Assembly: GCA_024763355.1 (NCBI GenBank)
Contig: JANTFR010000001.1
Span: 6,259 to 70,258, forward strand
DNA from: Anaerolineales bacterium
Lineage (GTDB): Bacteria; Chloroflexota; Anaerolineae; Anaerolineales; DRKV01
Length of the DNA stretch: 64,000 nt
Direction: 5' to 3'
Of this stretch, positions 43,886 through 52,456 are shown one piece after another. The notes below the pieces were generated by a model that worked only from the letters and a program-made list of their open reading frames with translations, was not told the DNA's origin and did no database searches. Numbering within the stretch: the first letter of the stretch is position 1; the number at the start of each line of letters is the position of its first letter. The position numbers and the translations under genes were made by a program.

Positions 43886-44863
43886 ATGTCCCGATATCTT
43901 CTCACTGGCGCCGCTGGCTTCATCGCCGCCCGCACGGGCGAAATGCTGCTCGAAAACGGCCACACCGTCTTTGGCGTGGACAACATCAACGACGCCTACG
44001 ACGTCCGTATGAAGCAGCACCGTCTGGAAAAACTGCAAACCTACCCCAATTTCACCTTCCGGCGGATGGATATCGCCGACAAGGAAGATGTCCTCTCCCT
44101 GGCGGAGCAGGCCCCCTTCGATGCGGTCATCAACCTGGCCGCCCGCGCCGGGGTGCGCGCCAGCGTCCAAAATCCCTGGGTGTACGTGGATACCAACCTG
44201 ACCGGCACCCTCAACCTGCTGGAGCTCAGCCAGCGCGCCGGCATCCCTAAATTCATCCTGGCCTCCACTTCCAGCATCTACGGGCAGGACGCCCCCCTCC
44301 CCACCCCGGAAACCGCCGACAGCAGCCGCCCTCTCCAGCCCTACGCGGCCAGCAAGAAGGCCGCCGAAGCCATGAGCCACGCCTATCACTACCTGTACGG
44401 CATTGACGTCAGCGTGGTGCGTTTCTTCACCGTCTACGGCCCGGCGGGACGCCCCGATATGTCCGTCTTCCGCTTCATCCGCTGGATTAGCGAGGGCGAA
44501 CCCCTGCACCTCAACGGGGACGGCAGCCAGTCCCGCGGCTTCACCTACGTGGACGACATCGCCCGCGGCGTGGTTCTCGCCCTCCAGCCGGTGGGCTACG
44601 AGATTTTCAACCTCGGCGGGCACGAAAACCTCACCATCAAAGAACTCATCGAGCGCATCGAGGCCCTCACGGGGCGCAAAGCGAACATCGTGCAGCACCC
44701 CTTTCCCCAGGCGGATATGAAAGCCAACCTGGCCGACATCAGCAAGGCGGGAAAGATGCTGGGCTGGGAGCCGGGCGTCAGCCTGGATGAGGGCCTGCGC
44801 CGCACGGTGGCATGGTACAACGAAAACCGCGCCTGGGCGAAGGAACTCTCGCTCAATGTTTGA
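43886..44863 (+). CDS. NAD-dependent sugar-nucleotide epimerase/dehydratase (UDP-glucuronate 4-epimerase-like)
   Basis: LLTGAAGFIAARTGEMLL (GxxGxxG) and YAASKKAAE (YxxxK). Confidence 0.85.
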   Translation: MSRYLLTGAAGFIAARTGEMLLENGHTVFGVDNINDAYDVRMKQHRLEKLQTYPNFTFRRMDIADKEDVLSLAEQAPFDAVINLAARAGVRASVQNPWVYVDTNLTGTLNLLELSQRAGIPKFILASTSSIYGQDAPLPTPETADSSRPLQPYAASKKAAEAMSHAYHYLYGIDVSVVRFFTVYGPAGRPDMSVFRFIRWISEGEPLHLNGDGSQSRGFTYVDDIARGVVLALQPVGYEIFNLGGHENLTIKELIERIEALTGRKANIVQHPFPQADMKANLADISKAGKMLGWEPGVSLDEGLRRTVAWYNENRAWAKELSLNV

Positions 44864-44946
44864 CCACGGATGACGGACCACGGACGACGGACGACTGACC
44901 GCGGACGACGGATGCCCCGCACGTCGCGCTCCGCACCCCGCACCCA
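44862..44946 (+). repeat. Heptamer array (GACSACG x7, then CCGCAC-type units) filling the epimerase-flippase spacer
   Basis: GACCACG GATGACG GACCACG GACGACG GACGACT GACCGCG GACGACG GATGCCC CGCACGT CGCGCTC CGCACCC CGCACCC-ATAC-GTG. Confidence 0.9.
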
Positions 44947-44949
44947 TAC

Positions 44950-46251
44950 GTGAACACCCTCCTGAGCCGCATCCTCAAAAACTCCGGTTATCTCTTCAGC
45001 GCCACGGGGATTACCGCCGCCCTGAGCATGGTGCAGGGCATCCTGGCAGCGCGCCTCTTGGGCGTGACCCAATTCGGCATGTTGGGGGTCATCACCATGT
45101 TTGCCACGGTGGTCAACAAACTGGCCTCCTTCCGCATGAACGAACTGGTGGTCAAATACGTCGCCCAGCGCACGGCGGAGGACGACCACCGCGGCGCGGC
45201 AACCGTCTTCAAGGCTGCCGTCCTGGTGGAAGGCGGCACCTCGCTGGTCGCCTTTGCCGTCCTGATGGCGCTTGCTCCCCTCGGAGCGCGCTACTTCGCC
45301 CACGACCCGGCCACCACTGCCTGGTTTCGACTCTACGGCGGCGGCATCATCCTTGCCAACCTGGTTTTCGAGAGCGGCACCGGGCTGCTCCAGATTGCCG
45401 ACCGCTTCCGGCGCATCGCCTTCATCCAGGTCGGCCAAAGCGTCTTGACCCTGCTGCTGATTAGCGCGGCCTACTGGAAGGGTGCAGGTCTCTTTGCGGT
45501 AGTGCTGGCCTACATGACGGGGAAGGCCCTCGGCTCCCTGGGGATGACCGCGGCCGCTCTTTGGGAAGCGCGTACCCGCTGGGGGGGCGGTTGGTTCCGT
45601 CTCCCTTTGAGGGGCTTGCGCTCCCAATGGCGGGAACTGGCCCGTTTCGCGGTCAGCACCAACCTGAGCGGCACGCTCAGTCTCATCAACAAAGACAGCG
45701 AACTCCTGTGGGTTTCCCTGCTGCGCTCTCCCACCGAGGCTGGCTACTACAAACTGGCGCTGGCGCTTGCCAACCTCGTCCAGATGCCCATCAGCCCCCT
45801 GCCGCGGGCCACCTACCCCGAACTCTCCCGCGAGGTCGCCCGCCGCAACTGGCGCAACGTGCGCTACGTGCTGAAACAAGGTTCGCGAGTAGCCTTTGCA
45901 TACACCGCGGCGGTCGTTGCGGGGCTGGCGCTCCTGGGACGTCCGTTGATTGCCGCCCTGTACACACCGGAATACCTGCCCGCTTACCCCGCTCTGCTTA
46001 TCCTGCTGGCCGGTTTCCTGGTCGCCAACACTTTTTACTGGAACCGGGTCGCCCTGCTCTCCCTGGGACGCGCCGACCTGCCCGCCAAAATCAATTTCGG
46101 GTTGGCGCTCTTCAAAGTTGCGGGCGTCCTGTTGCTGGTTCCCATTTGGGGCTACCTGGCGAATGCCGGTCTGCTGGCCGCCTCCTACATCATCGGCGTT
46201 GCTCTGGCCGTGACACTTTTCTACCGCCAGTTGAAGAAGATGGATGGCTGA
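44950..46251 (+). CDS. Polysaccharide flippase (Wzx / MOP superfamily), about 12 TM
   Basis: 433 aa, highly hydrophobic, N-terminus LLSRILKNSGYLFSATGITAALSMVQGILAARLLG, typical of oligosaccharide flippases. GTG start. Confidence 0.75.
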   Translation: MNTLLSRILKNSGYLFSATGITAALSMVQGILAARLLGVTQFGMLGVITMFATVVNKLASFRMNELVVKYVAQRTAEDDHRGAATVFKAAVLVEGGTSLVAFAVLMALAPLGARYFAHDPATTAWFRLYGGGIILANLVFESGTGLLQIADRFRRIAFIQVGQSVLTLLLISAAYWKGAGLFAVVLAYMTGKALGSLGMTAAALWEARTRWGGGWFRLPLRGLRSQWRELARFAVSTNLSGTLSLINKDSELLWVSLLRSPTEAGYYKLALALANLVQMPISPLPRATYPELSREVARRNWRNVRYVLKQGSRVAFAYTAAVVAGLALLGRPLIAALYTPEYLPAYPALLILLAGFLVANTFYWNRVALLSLGRADLPAKINFGLALFKVAGVLLLVPIWGYLANAGLLAASYIIGVALAVTLFYRQLKKMDG

Positions 46252-46321
46252 CGTACCACGTACCTCGTACTTGCCCACTTGCAAACTTTCCACTTGCTCA
46301 CTTTCCCACTTGCAAACTTTC
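46252..46321 (+). repeat. CGTACYN x3, then 3 x about 16-mer CCACTTGCAAACTTTC-family repeats abutting the GT4 start codon
   Basis: CGTACCA CGTACCT CGTACTT GCCCACTTGCAAACTTTC CACTTGCTCACTTTC CCACTTGCAAACTTTC CTC-ATG. Confidence 0.9.
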
Positions 46322-46324
46322 CTC

Positions 46325-47485
46325 ATGCGTCTCGCCTACATCCTCCCCTCCCTGCAAACCTCCGGGTGGCGGCGTTATGCCGAGAGTCTGCTGCCACGGC
46401 TGGCCGAACACGTAGAGCCGCACCTGATTGTCTCTGCCGCCGATGCCGGCCTTGCCGCCGACCTCTTCCCCGATTGGCCGCGCTACACCCTCCCCACCGT
46501 GCAGGAGGCATCCCTGAGCGGACGGCGCTCCCGCTGGGCGCTGTTGCGCTCCCTGTGGCAAGTACGGCGTCTTCCGCTCCCTCCTTTGAGCCTGGTACAT
46601 TCGCTGGAGGCCTACCCCGCCGGTCTGGTGGGGCACGTTTTGGGGCGGCATCTGGGATTGCCGCATTTGCTCACCGCCCACGGGACGTATGCCGTCCTAT
46701 GGGCGCGTTACCCCCTCGACCGTTGGGCCTATCGGCGGGTACTGCGCGGCGCGGCGGCGGTGTGCCCCGTCTCCCGCGGCACCGCGGCCCTGATACAACG
46801 GATGTTCCCCGAAGCCATCACCTCACAGCAGGTGCGCGTTATTCCCAACGGCAACGATTTCTGGCGCAATATCCCCCGTACCAAGGCACTGGAACGCCCC
46901 CGGCCTGCCATCCCAACCCTGCTTACCGTAGGCGACATCAAACCGCGCAAAGGACTGCACCGCAGTCTGGCCGCGTTTGCCCGTCTGCACGAGGAAATGC
47001 CCCAGGCGCGCTATTGGATTGTTGGCAAGTACCGCCCGCAGGATGCTTACTTCCGCTCTTTGCAGGATTTCGTGCGCCGGCGCGGCCTGGAGGAGGCGGT
47101 CACCTTCTGGGGGCGCGTGGACGATACCCAACTGGACGCCCTCTATCGGGGCGCGTCGCTCTTCGTGCTGGCCTCTCAGGAGGAGAACCTGCACTTCGAG
47201 GGCTTCGGACTGGTCTATCTGGAGGCCGGGTCGTACGGCCTGCCCGTCATCGGGACGCGCTCCGGCGGCATCCCCGACGCCGTGCGGGACGGAGAAACCG
47301 GCTTGCTGGTCGCTCCCGGCGACGTGGAGGCGCTCTTCCAGGCCATGCGCCGCCTGCTGAACGATGAAACCCTCGCCCGCCGTCTGGGGAGGGCCAACCG
47401 CCGTCTCGCCGAGAGCCTCACCTGGGAGCGCACCGCCCAGGCCTGGCTGGAGACTTACGCTGCGCTCTCCAACGCGGAGGGGTGA
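46325..47485 (+). CDS. Family-4 (GT-B) glycosyltransferase
   Basis: EGFGLVYLEAGSYGLPVIGTRSGGIPDAV (E-x7-E). Start at the internal MRLAYILPSLQ. Confidence 0.8.
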   Translation: MRLAYILPSLQTSGWRRYAESLLPRLAEHVEPHLIVSAADAGLAADLFPDWPRYTLPTVQEASLSGRRSRWALLRSLWQVRRLPLPPLSLVHSLEAYPAGLVGHVLGRHLGLPHLLTAHGTYAVLWARYPLDRWAYRRVLRGAAAVCPVSRGTAALIQRMFPEAITSQQVRVIPNGNDFWRNIPRTKALERPRPAIPTLLTVGDIKPRKGLHRSLAAFARLHEEMPQARYWIVGKYRPQDAYFRSLQDFVRRRGLEEAVTFWGRVDDTQLDALYRGASLFVLASQEENLHFEGFGLVYLEAGSYGLPVIGTRSGGIPDAVRDGETGLLVAPGDVEALFQAMRRLLNDETLARRLGRANRRLAESLTWERTAQAWLETYAALSNAEG

Positions 47486-47606
47486 CAGATTGACAAAACG
47501 CGCAAATGCCTGATGTATTCACCCAGAGACGCGGCGAGCACAGAGTTTCCTTGATGTTTTGTGGCGATTTCCCGTGTTCTCCGTGGCTCCGTGTGCCACA
47601 AACGGG

Positions 47607-48209
47607 CTACCCTTTCCCGTCTGTCCCCTGCGCCTCCCGCTCCACCCAGCGCTCCAGGCCTGCCGGCGGGGTGTAGGTCGTCAGCGCATCCAGCAAAGCA
47701 TCCGGCTGAGATTCACACTGGAACAGGGCGCGGTGTTCCTCGTAGATGAAGCCTTCGGAGCGGGCGTGTTCCACCATCGCCAGCAGGGAGTCGTAGTATC
47801 CGGCCACGTTCAGCAAGCCAATCGGCTTGCGGTGCAGCCCAATCTGCGCCCAGGTCAAAATCTCGAAGAACTCCTCGAAAGTGCCGAAACCGCCCGGCAG
47901 AGCGATGAAAGCATCCGCTATTTCGGCCATGCGCGCCTTGCGGGTGTGCATATCGGGGGTGATTTCCAAACTCGTCAGCCCGGCGTGCGCCAGCACCGGC
48001 GTGTAAAACATCTCCGGGATGACGCCGATTACCTTTCCGCCGTTTTCCAAAACTGCATCGGCTACCGCGCCCATCAGGCCGGTGCGCCCTGCGCCATAAA
48101 CCAGCGTCAGGCCGCGCCGCGCCAGCGCCGCTCCCAGCGTTCTGGCCCCTTCCAGGTAGCGGTCGGGAAGATTATCCGCCGAACCGCAATAGACACAAAT
48201 CTTTTCCAT
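47607..48209 (-). CDS. LOG-family (TIGR00730-type) nucleotide phosphoribohydrolase
   Basis: ICVYCGS..., LVYGAGRTGLMGAVA, ALPGGFGTFEEF (PGGxGTxxE). SD GGAGGAGG before ATG 48209. Confidence 0.85.
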   Translation of the reverse strand: MEKICVYCGSADNLPDRYLEGARTLGAALARRGLTLVYGAGRTGLMGAVADAVLENGGKVIGVIPEMFYTPVLAHAGLTSLEITPDMHTRKARMAEIADAFIALPGGFGTFEEFFEILTWAQIGLHRKPIGLLNVAGYYDSLLAMVEHARSEGFIYEEHRALFQCESQPDALLDALTTYTPPAGLERWVEREAQGTDGKG

Positions 48210-48220
48210 ACCTCCTCCAT

Positions 48221-48250
48221 CCACGAATGGTCACGAATGAGCACGAATAG
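48221..48250 (-). repeat. 3 x decamer (minus strand CATTCGTGNN), same TTCGTG family as 37557-37606, facing the LOG gene
   Basis: Plus strand CCACGAATGG TCACGAATGA GCACGAATAG; minus strand reads CTATTCGTGC TCATTCGTGA CCATTCGTGG just upstream of the SD. Confidence 0.85.
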
Positions 48251-48257
48251 CATCAAC

Positions 48258-48313
48258 GCACTTGGCACTTGGCACTTGACACGTGATACATGATACGTGA
48301 TACGTGACACGTG
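48258..48313 (+). repeat. 8 x heptamer array (GCACTTG x3, then AYACRTG x5) upstream of the TPR gene promoter
   Basis: GCACTTG GCACTTG GCACTTG ACACGTG ATACATG ATACGTG ATACGTG ACACGTG in constant phase. Confidence 0.9.
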
Positions 48314-48331
48314 ATTATACCCCTCGGCAGG

Positions 48332-48337
48332 TATAAT
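48332..48337 (+). promoter_or_regulatory. -10 box TATAAT exactly 6 nt upstream of the TPR gene ATG (leaderless mRNA predicted)
   Basis: CAGGTATAATCTCATCATG. Confidence 0.5.
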
Positions 48338-48343
48338 CTCATC

Positions 48344-49732
48344 ATGTCTCGCCGCCGCGCCCTCCTTTTCGTTTTCCTGATTTTCCTCCTCGGAGACTTT
48401 GTCTGGTGGCAGGCCGGCGCGCAAAACCGCGCCGCCCGCCGCGCCCTGGCACAGCGTGGCGAAGGCTATTCCCTGAGCGAACTGACCACCCTGGCACAGA
48501 CCGTCCCCGCGCCTGCCCTGTGGGAGGTGGCCGCCTGGCGAGCGGAGGAACGGGAACAATTCTCCATCGCGCGGGCCTGTCTGCTGCGCGCCCGCGCCGA
48601 GGGGATGCTCTCCTCCCAGGGGTACGGGCTGCTGGGCGACCTCACCGCCGAAACGGGCAACCTGGAAACCGCAGTCTCCTTCTGGGAGCAGGCTGTGGAA
48701 CAGGACGCCCCCCAGGCGGACATCTGGCGGCGCAAACTGGCGCAAGTGGCCGAAAGCCGCGGGGATTGGGAGGCCGCCCTGGAGCACTACCGCATTCTCT
48801 CGCAGCACGCCCCCGCAGATGCAGAACTTCTCTGCAAGGTAGCCACGCTGCTTTCCGTCCTGCACCCCGCCGAAGCCCCCGCATATCTGGAACTCGCTGC
48901 CGCCTCGTCTTCTCCCTGCGCCGCGTTGGCCGCATCCCTGCGCGATGCCCTCGTGCAGGGTAGTTTGCAGGACGACCCCGCTTACATCGCCGTGCTGACG
49001 GGACGAGCATTGGGGGCGCATGGGGAATGGGCGCTGGCCGCCGAAGCCTTCCGCCGCGCCGTGGAGCGCAATCCCGATTACGCCGAAGGTTGGGCTTTCT
49101 GGGGACAGGCCCTCGAAACCCTCGGCCTGGACGGAAGTCGCGCCCTGGAAACCGCGCTGCGTCTCGACCCCGCTTCGCTCACCGCGGCCAGTTTGAACGC
49201 CCTCTACTGGCGCAACCGCGGGCAACCCGAAAAAGCGCTGGTCTATTTCTACCGCGCCGCCCGCAGCGAGCCGGAAAACCCGCTGTGGGAGATGGAAATC
49301 GGGGCGACTCTGGCGCAGATGGGGAATATCTCCAATGCGCTGGAACACTACCGCAAAGCGACCTCCCTGGCGTCCAACGACCCCGCTCCCTGGCGCGCCC
49401 TGGCGGAGTTTTGCCTGCAATACGGTCTGGAAATCAAGGAAACCGCCCTGCCCGCCGCCCGCCAAAGCGTTCTGCTGGCCCCTCAGGAGGCCGCCTCCCC
49501 GGAAATCCTGGGACGCGTGTACCTGCGCCTGGGCGACCTGACCAGCGCCCGCCGCCTCGCCCGCCGCGCCCTCGCCCTGGATTCCGGTTACACCCCGGCC
49601 TACCTGGATTTAGGGCTGATTGCATCCCTGCAAGGGGACGACGCCCTTGCCCGCCGCATGTACCAGACCGTTATCTCCCTCGCTCCGGATTCCCCCTGGG
49701 CTGCCCAGGCCCGCCGCCTGCTGGGGCCATAG
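48344..49732 (+). CDS. Tetratricopeptide-repeat protein with N-terminal TM/signal anchor
   Basis: N-terminus RRRALLFVFLIFLLGDFVWW, then repeated A/L/Y-rich 34-aa units (e.g. GWAFWGQALETLGLDGSRALETALRLDP). Confidence 0.7.
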   Translation: MSRRRALLFVFLIFLLGDFVWWQAGAQNRAARRALAQRGEGYSLSELTTLAQTVPAPALWEVAAWRAEEREQFSIARACLLRARAEGMLSSQGYGLLGDLTAETGNLETAVSFWEQAVEQDAPQADIWRRKLAQVAESRGDWEAALEHYRILSQHAPADAELLCKVATLLSVLHPAEAPAYLELAAASSSPCAALAASLRDALVQGSLQDDPAYIAVLTGRALGAHGEWALAAEAFRRAVERNPDYAEGWAFWGQALETLGLDGSRALETALRLDPASLTAASLNALYWRNRGQPEKALVYFYRAARSEPENPLWEMEIGATLAQMGNISNALEHYRKATSLASNDPAPWRALAEFCLQYGLEIKETALPAARQSVLLAPQEAASPEILGRVYLRLGDLTSARRLARRALALDSGYTPAYLDLGLIASLQGDDALARRMYQTVISLAPDSPWAAQARRLLGP

Positions 49733-49875
49733 CGCAGCCCCTCTTGCGGTACAATAATGAACCATTTTCGTGAAACGCGAGGCTTGATTGAGAGAAGTAA
49801 GTCGCGATGTTCTCTGCGGCTTCGTGTGACAATCGCATCTGCCCATTTTATTCCCCTTTCCCCCGGAGGTTCCCC

Positions 49876-50538
49876 ATGAAACGATTTGCCCGTCCCGCCC
49901 TTGCCCTGATAGTCGTTTTGCTCTCTTCGCTGGCCTGCCAGACCCTGACAGGCGGCGGAAGCCCTTCCGCGGGGGGCGCATCGGGTTCGCAAGTTCTCTT
50001 CCAGGATGATTTCTCCGATTCCAACAGCGGATGGGATAGCGTGCGCACCGAGGATGGGGTCACAGATTACGAAAACGGCGCTTACCGCATCTTCGTCAAC
50101 ACGGACAACATGGATGTCTGGGCCAATCCCAGCCTGTCCTTCACCGATGTCCACATTGAAGTGGATGCCACCAAAGCAGGCGGCCCGGACGACAACGATT
50201 TCGGCATCATCTGCCGTTACAAGGACGTAGACAACTTCTACTTCTTCATCATCAGCAGCGACGGCTATTTCGGCATCGGCAAGACCGTGGATGGGGAACA
50301 ACAACTCATCGGCGCGGAGAGCATGGATACCAGCGATGCCATTCGGCAAGGCAATGCCACCAATCACATCACGGTGGATTGCGTCGGCTCTACGCTCTCT
50401 CTTTCGGTCAACGGTACCCATCTCCAGACCGTCGAGGACGCCGATTTTTCATCCGGCGACGTGGGACTGCTGGCCGGAACCTATGACGAACCCGGCACGG
50501 ACATCCTTTTCGACAACTTCGTCGTCACCGCCCCCTGA
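49876..50538 (+). CDS. Secreted lipoprotein, jelly-roll/LamG-like domain (hypothetical)
   Basis: Lipobox LLSSLACQ after the internal MKRFARPAL. Beta-rich body ending DILFDNFVVTAP, as in lectin-fold DUFs. SD GGAGG. Confidence 0.5.
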   Translation: MKRFARPALALIVVLLSSLACQTLTGGGSPSAGGASGSQVLFQDDFSDSNSGWDSVRTEDGVTDYENGAYRIFVNTDNMDVWANPSLSFTDVHIEVDATKAGGPDDNDFGIICRYKDVDNFYFFIISSDGYFGIGKTVDGEQQLIGAESMDTSDAIRQGNATNHITVDCVGSTLSLSVNGTHLQTVEDADFSSGDVGLLAGTYDEPGTDILFDNFVVTAP

Positions 50539-50541
50539 ACC

Positions 50542-51819
50542 GTGAAGATCTATCTCGACACCATCGGCTGCCGCCTCAACCAGAGCGAAATCGAGCGCAT
50601 GTCCCGCCAGTTTCGCGCCGCAGGACATGAGATTGTAGCGCGCCCCGAGGCCGCCGACCTGGCCGTGGTCAACACCTGTGCGGTGACCACCCAGGCGGCA
50701 GCCGACTCGCGCAAAGTGATTCGGCGGGCGGCACGCGCCGGCGTGGAGGAGGTAATTGCCACCGGCTGCTGGGCGACCCTGGAGCCGGAAGCGGCAGCCG
50801 CCCTCCCCGGAGTGCGCCGCGTGGTGCCGAACCCCCGTAAAGAGGCCCTCGTTCCCGAGGTGCTGCACCTCCCCCCGGAGGTCTTCGACCTGGAGCCGGT
50901 GGAGCGTCAGCCCCTGCCCGGCGCGCGGCTGCGCACCCGCGCCTTCATCAAGGCACAGGACGGCTGTGACAACCGCTGTACCTTCTGCATCACTACGATT
51001 GCCCGCGGGCCGGCGCGCAGCCGTCCCGTGGAGGCCGTCACAGAGGACATTGCGGCTGCACTGGCCGGCGGGGCGCAGGAGATTGTCCTTACCGGCGTCC
51101 ATCTCGGCTCCTGGGGAGCGGATTTCTCGCCGCGGCGTCATCTCCGGCATCTGGTCGAGCACATCCTGACGCATACCACCGTCCCCCGCCTGCGGCTTTC
51201 CTCCCTCGAACCCTGGAACCTGGACGCCGCTTTCTTCGAGTTATGGCAGGAGCCGCGCCTATGCCGGCATCTCCATCTGCCGCTGCAATCCGGCTGCGAT
51301 GCCACCCTGCGCCGCATGGCCCGCAAGACGACCCGTAAATCCTTCGCCGCCCTGGTGGAGGCCGCCCGTAAGGTCGCTCCCGACATCGCCATCACCACCG
51401 ACATCATCGTGGGCTTCCCCGGCGAGAGCGAAGATGAGTTCGAGGCCAGCCTGGATTTCGTTCGCCGCATGGAGTTCGCCGCCGGGCACGTCTTCACCTA
51501 TTCGCCGCGGCCCGGCACCGCCGCCGCCCGCATGAAGGGGCAGGTTCCCCACGCGGTACGCAAGGCGCGCAACGCCCGCATGCAAGCCGTCTTTGCAGAG
51601 AGCGGAGCGCGCTATCGGGCGCGCTTCCTGGGCGCGACCCGGCAGGTGCTTTGGGAAAGCGCCGTCTCCCTCGGCCCCGAAGGCTGGACGCTCAGCGGCC
51701 TGACCGACAACTACCTGCGCGTCCACGCCCAGGCCCCGCAAAACCTGTGGAACCGTCTTTCTGCCGTGCGTCTCACCGCCCTGGAAGGCGGCGCGCTGCG
51801 CGGCGTCCTGGCCGGATAA
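50542..51819 (+). CDS. mtaB: Radical-SAM methylthiotransferase, MiaB-like (MtaB type)
   Basis: N-terminal UPF0004 domain IYLDTIGCRLNQSE...VVNTCAVT and radical-SAM cluster CDNRCTFCITTIARG. GTG start. Confidence 0.75.
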   Translation: MKIYLDTIGCRLNQSEIERMSRQFRAAGHEIVARPEAADLAVVNTCAVTTQAAADSRKVIRRAARAGVEEVIATGCWATLEPEAAAALPGVRRVVPNPRKEALVPEVLHLPPEVFDLEPVERQPLPGARLRTRAFIKAQDGCDNRCTFCITTIARGPARSRPVEAVTEDIAAALAGGAQEIVLTGVHLGSWGADFSPRRHLRHLVEHILTHTTVPRLRLSSLEPWNLDAAFFELWQEPRLCRHLHLPLQSGCDATLRRMARKTTRKSFAALVEAARKVAPDIAITTDIIVGFPGESEDEFEASLDFVRRMEFAAGHVFTYSPRPGTAAARMKGQVPHAVRKARNARMQAVFAESGARYRARFLGATRQVLWESAVSLGPEGWTLSGLTDNYLRVHAQAPQNLWNRLSAVRLTALEGGALRGVLAG

Positions 51820-51823
51820 TCTC

Positions 51824-52195
51824 ATGTCCTTGCGCGTCGGCACCGACCTGGTGGAAATCGCCCGTCTGGAGCAAATCATCGCCCGGCACGGGGAGCGCTT
51901 TCTGCGGCGCATCTACACCCCGCAGGAACTGGAAGACTGCGCCGGCAAACTGCCCTCCCTGGCGGCGCGTTGGGCGGCCAAAGAAGCGGTCGCCAAAGCC
52001 CTGGGAACAGGCATCGGGCCGGTGGCCTTCCGCGAAATCGAAGTGCGCCGCGGCCCACAGCGGGAGCCCACCCTGCACCTGCACGGCAACGCCGCCGCTC
52101 TCTCCGCCGACCTCGGCCTGACGGAGTGGGCCGTCAGTTTGAGCCACACCGACCGCTACGCCGTGGCGATGGTCGCCGCGGTGGGAGGACGGTAG
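51824..52195 (+). CDS. acpS: Holo-[acyl-carrier-protein] synthase
   Basis: VGTDLVEIARLEQ..., AARWAAKEAVAKALGTG, SLSHTDRYAVAMV. Confidence 0.85.
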   Translation: MSLRVGTDLVEIARLEQIIARHGERFLRRIYTPQELEDCAGKLPSLAARWAAKEAVAKALGTGIGPVAFREIEVRRGPQREPTLHLHGNAAALSADLGLTEWAVSLSHTDRYAVAMVAAVGGR

Positions 52196-52204
52196 ACGGT
52201 GGAT

Positions 52205-52239
52205 AGTGCGGAGTGCGGAGTGCGGGGTGCGACGTGCGG
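52205..52239 (+). repeat. 5 x heptamer array (A/G/C)GTGCG(G/A)
   Basis: AGTGCGG AGTGCGG AGTGCGG GGTGCGA CGTGCGG, preceded by GGACGGTAGACGGTGGAT, which starts inside the acpS 3' end and spans its stop codon. Confidence 0.9.
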
Positions 52240-52270
52240 TAGACTACCTGACCACCCGCCCCTGACTAAT

Positions 52271-52450
52271 CCGACCAATTCGACCAATCCGACCACTTCG
52301 ACCAATCCGACCACTTCGACCACTCCGACCACTCCGACCACTCTGACCAATCAGACCACTTCGACCACTTCGACCACTCCGACCAATCAGACCACTTCGA
52401 CCACCCCGACCAATTCGACCAATCAGACCACTCCGACCAATCAGACCAAC
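52271..52450 (+). repeat. 20 x 9-mer array, consensus YNGACCAMT, ending 6 nt before the HerA-like ATG
   Basis: CCGACCAAT TCGACCAAT CCGACCACT TCGACCAAT CCGACCACT TCGACCACT CCGACCACT CCGACCACT CTGACCAAT CAGACCACT TCGACCACT TCGACCACT CCGACCAAT CAGACCACT TCGACCACC CCGACCAAT TCGACCAAT CAGACCACT CCGACCAAT CAGACCAAC. Confidence 0.95.
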
Positions 52451-52456
52451 CGACCC

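Noticed and set aside
47486-47606. Short CCGTG-containing repeats (CCCGTGTTC TCCGTGGC TCCGTGTGCC) and a GTGGC...GCCAC stem between the convergent GT4 and LOG genes, considered as a terminator or another array.
   Set aside because: There are only about three degenerate units, and the 5-bp stem has a long loop. This is too weak to call.
52271-52450. CRISPR interpretation of the 9-mer array, and of the other arrays.
   Set aside because: Units are only 7-10 nt and directly tandem, with no unique spacers. No cas genes or leader are present in the window.
52199-52456. Thr/Asn/Pro/Ser-rich N-terminal extension of the HerA-like protein (track ORF start GTG 52199). Analogous extensions occur on the GT4 (to 19277), the endonuclease III-like gene (to 30900), the second GT4 (from 46244) and rimI (from 41143).
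   Set aside because: The frames stay open only because the repeats lack stop codons. The extensions begin inside or directly after the preceding gene, have no SD, and the conserved family N-termini start at the internal Met. rimI remains genuinely ambiguous.
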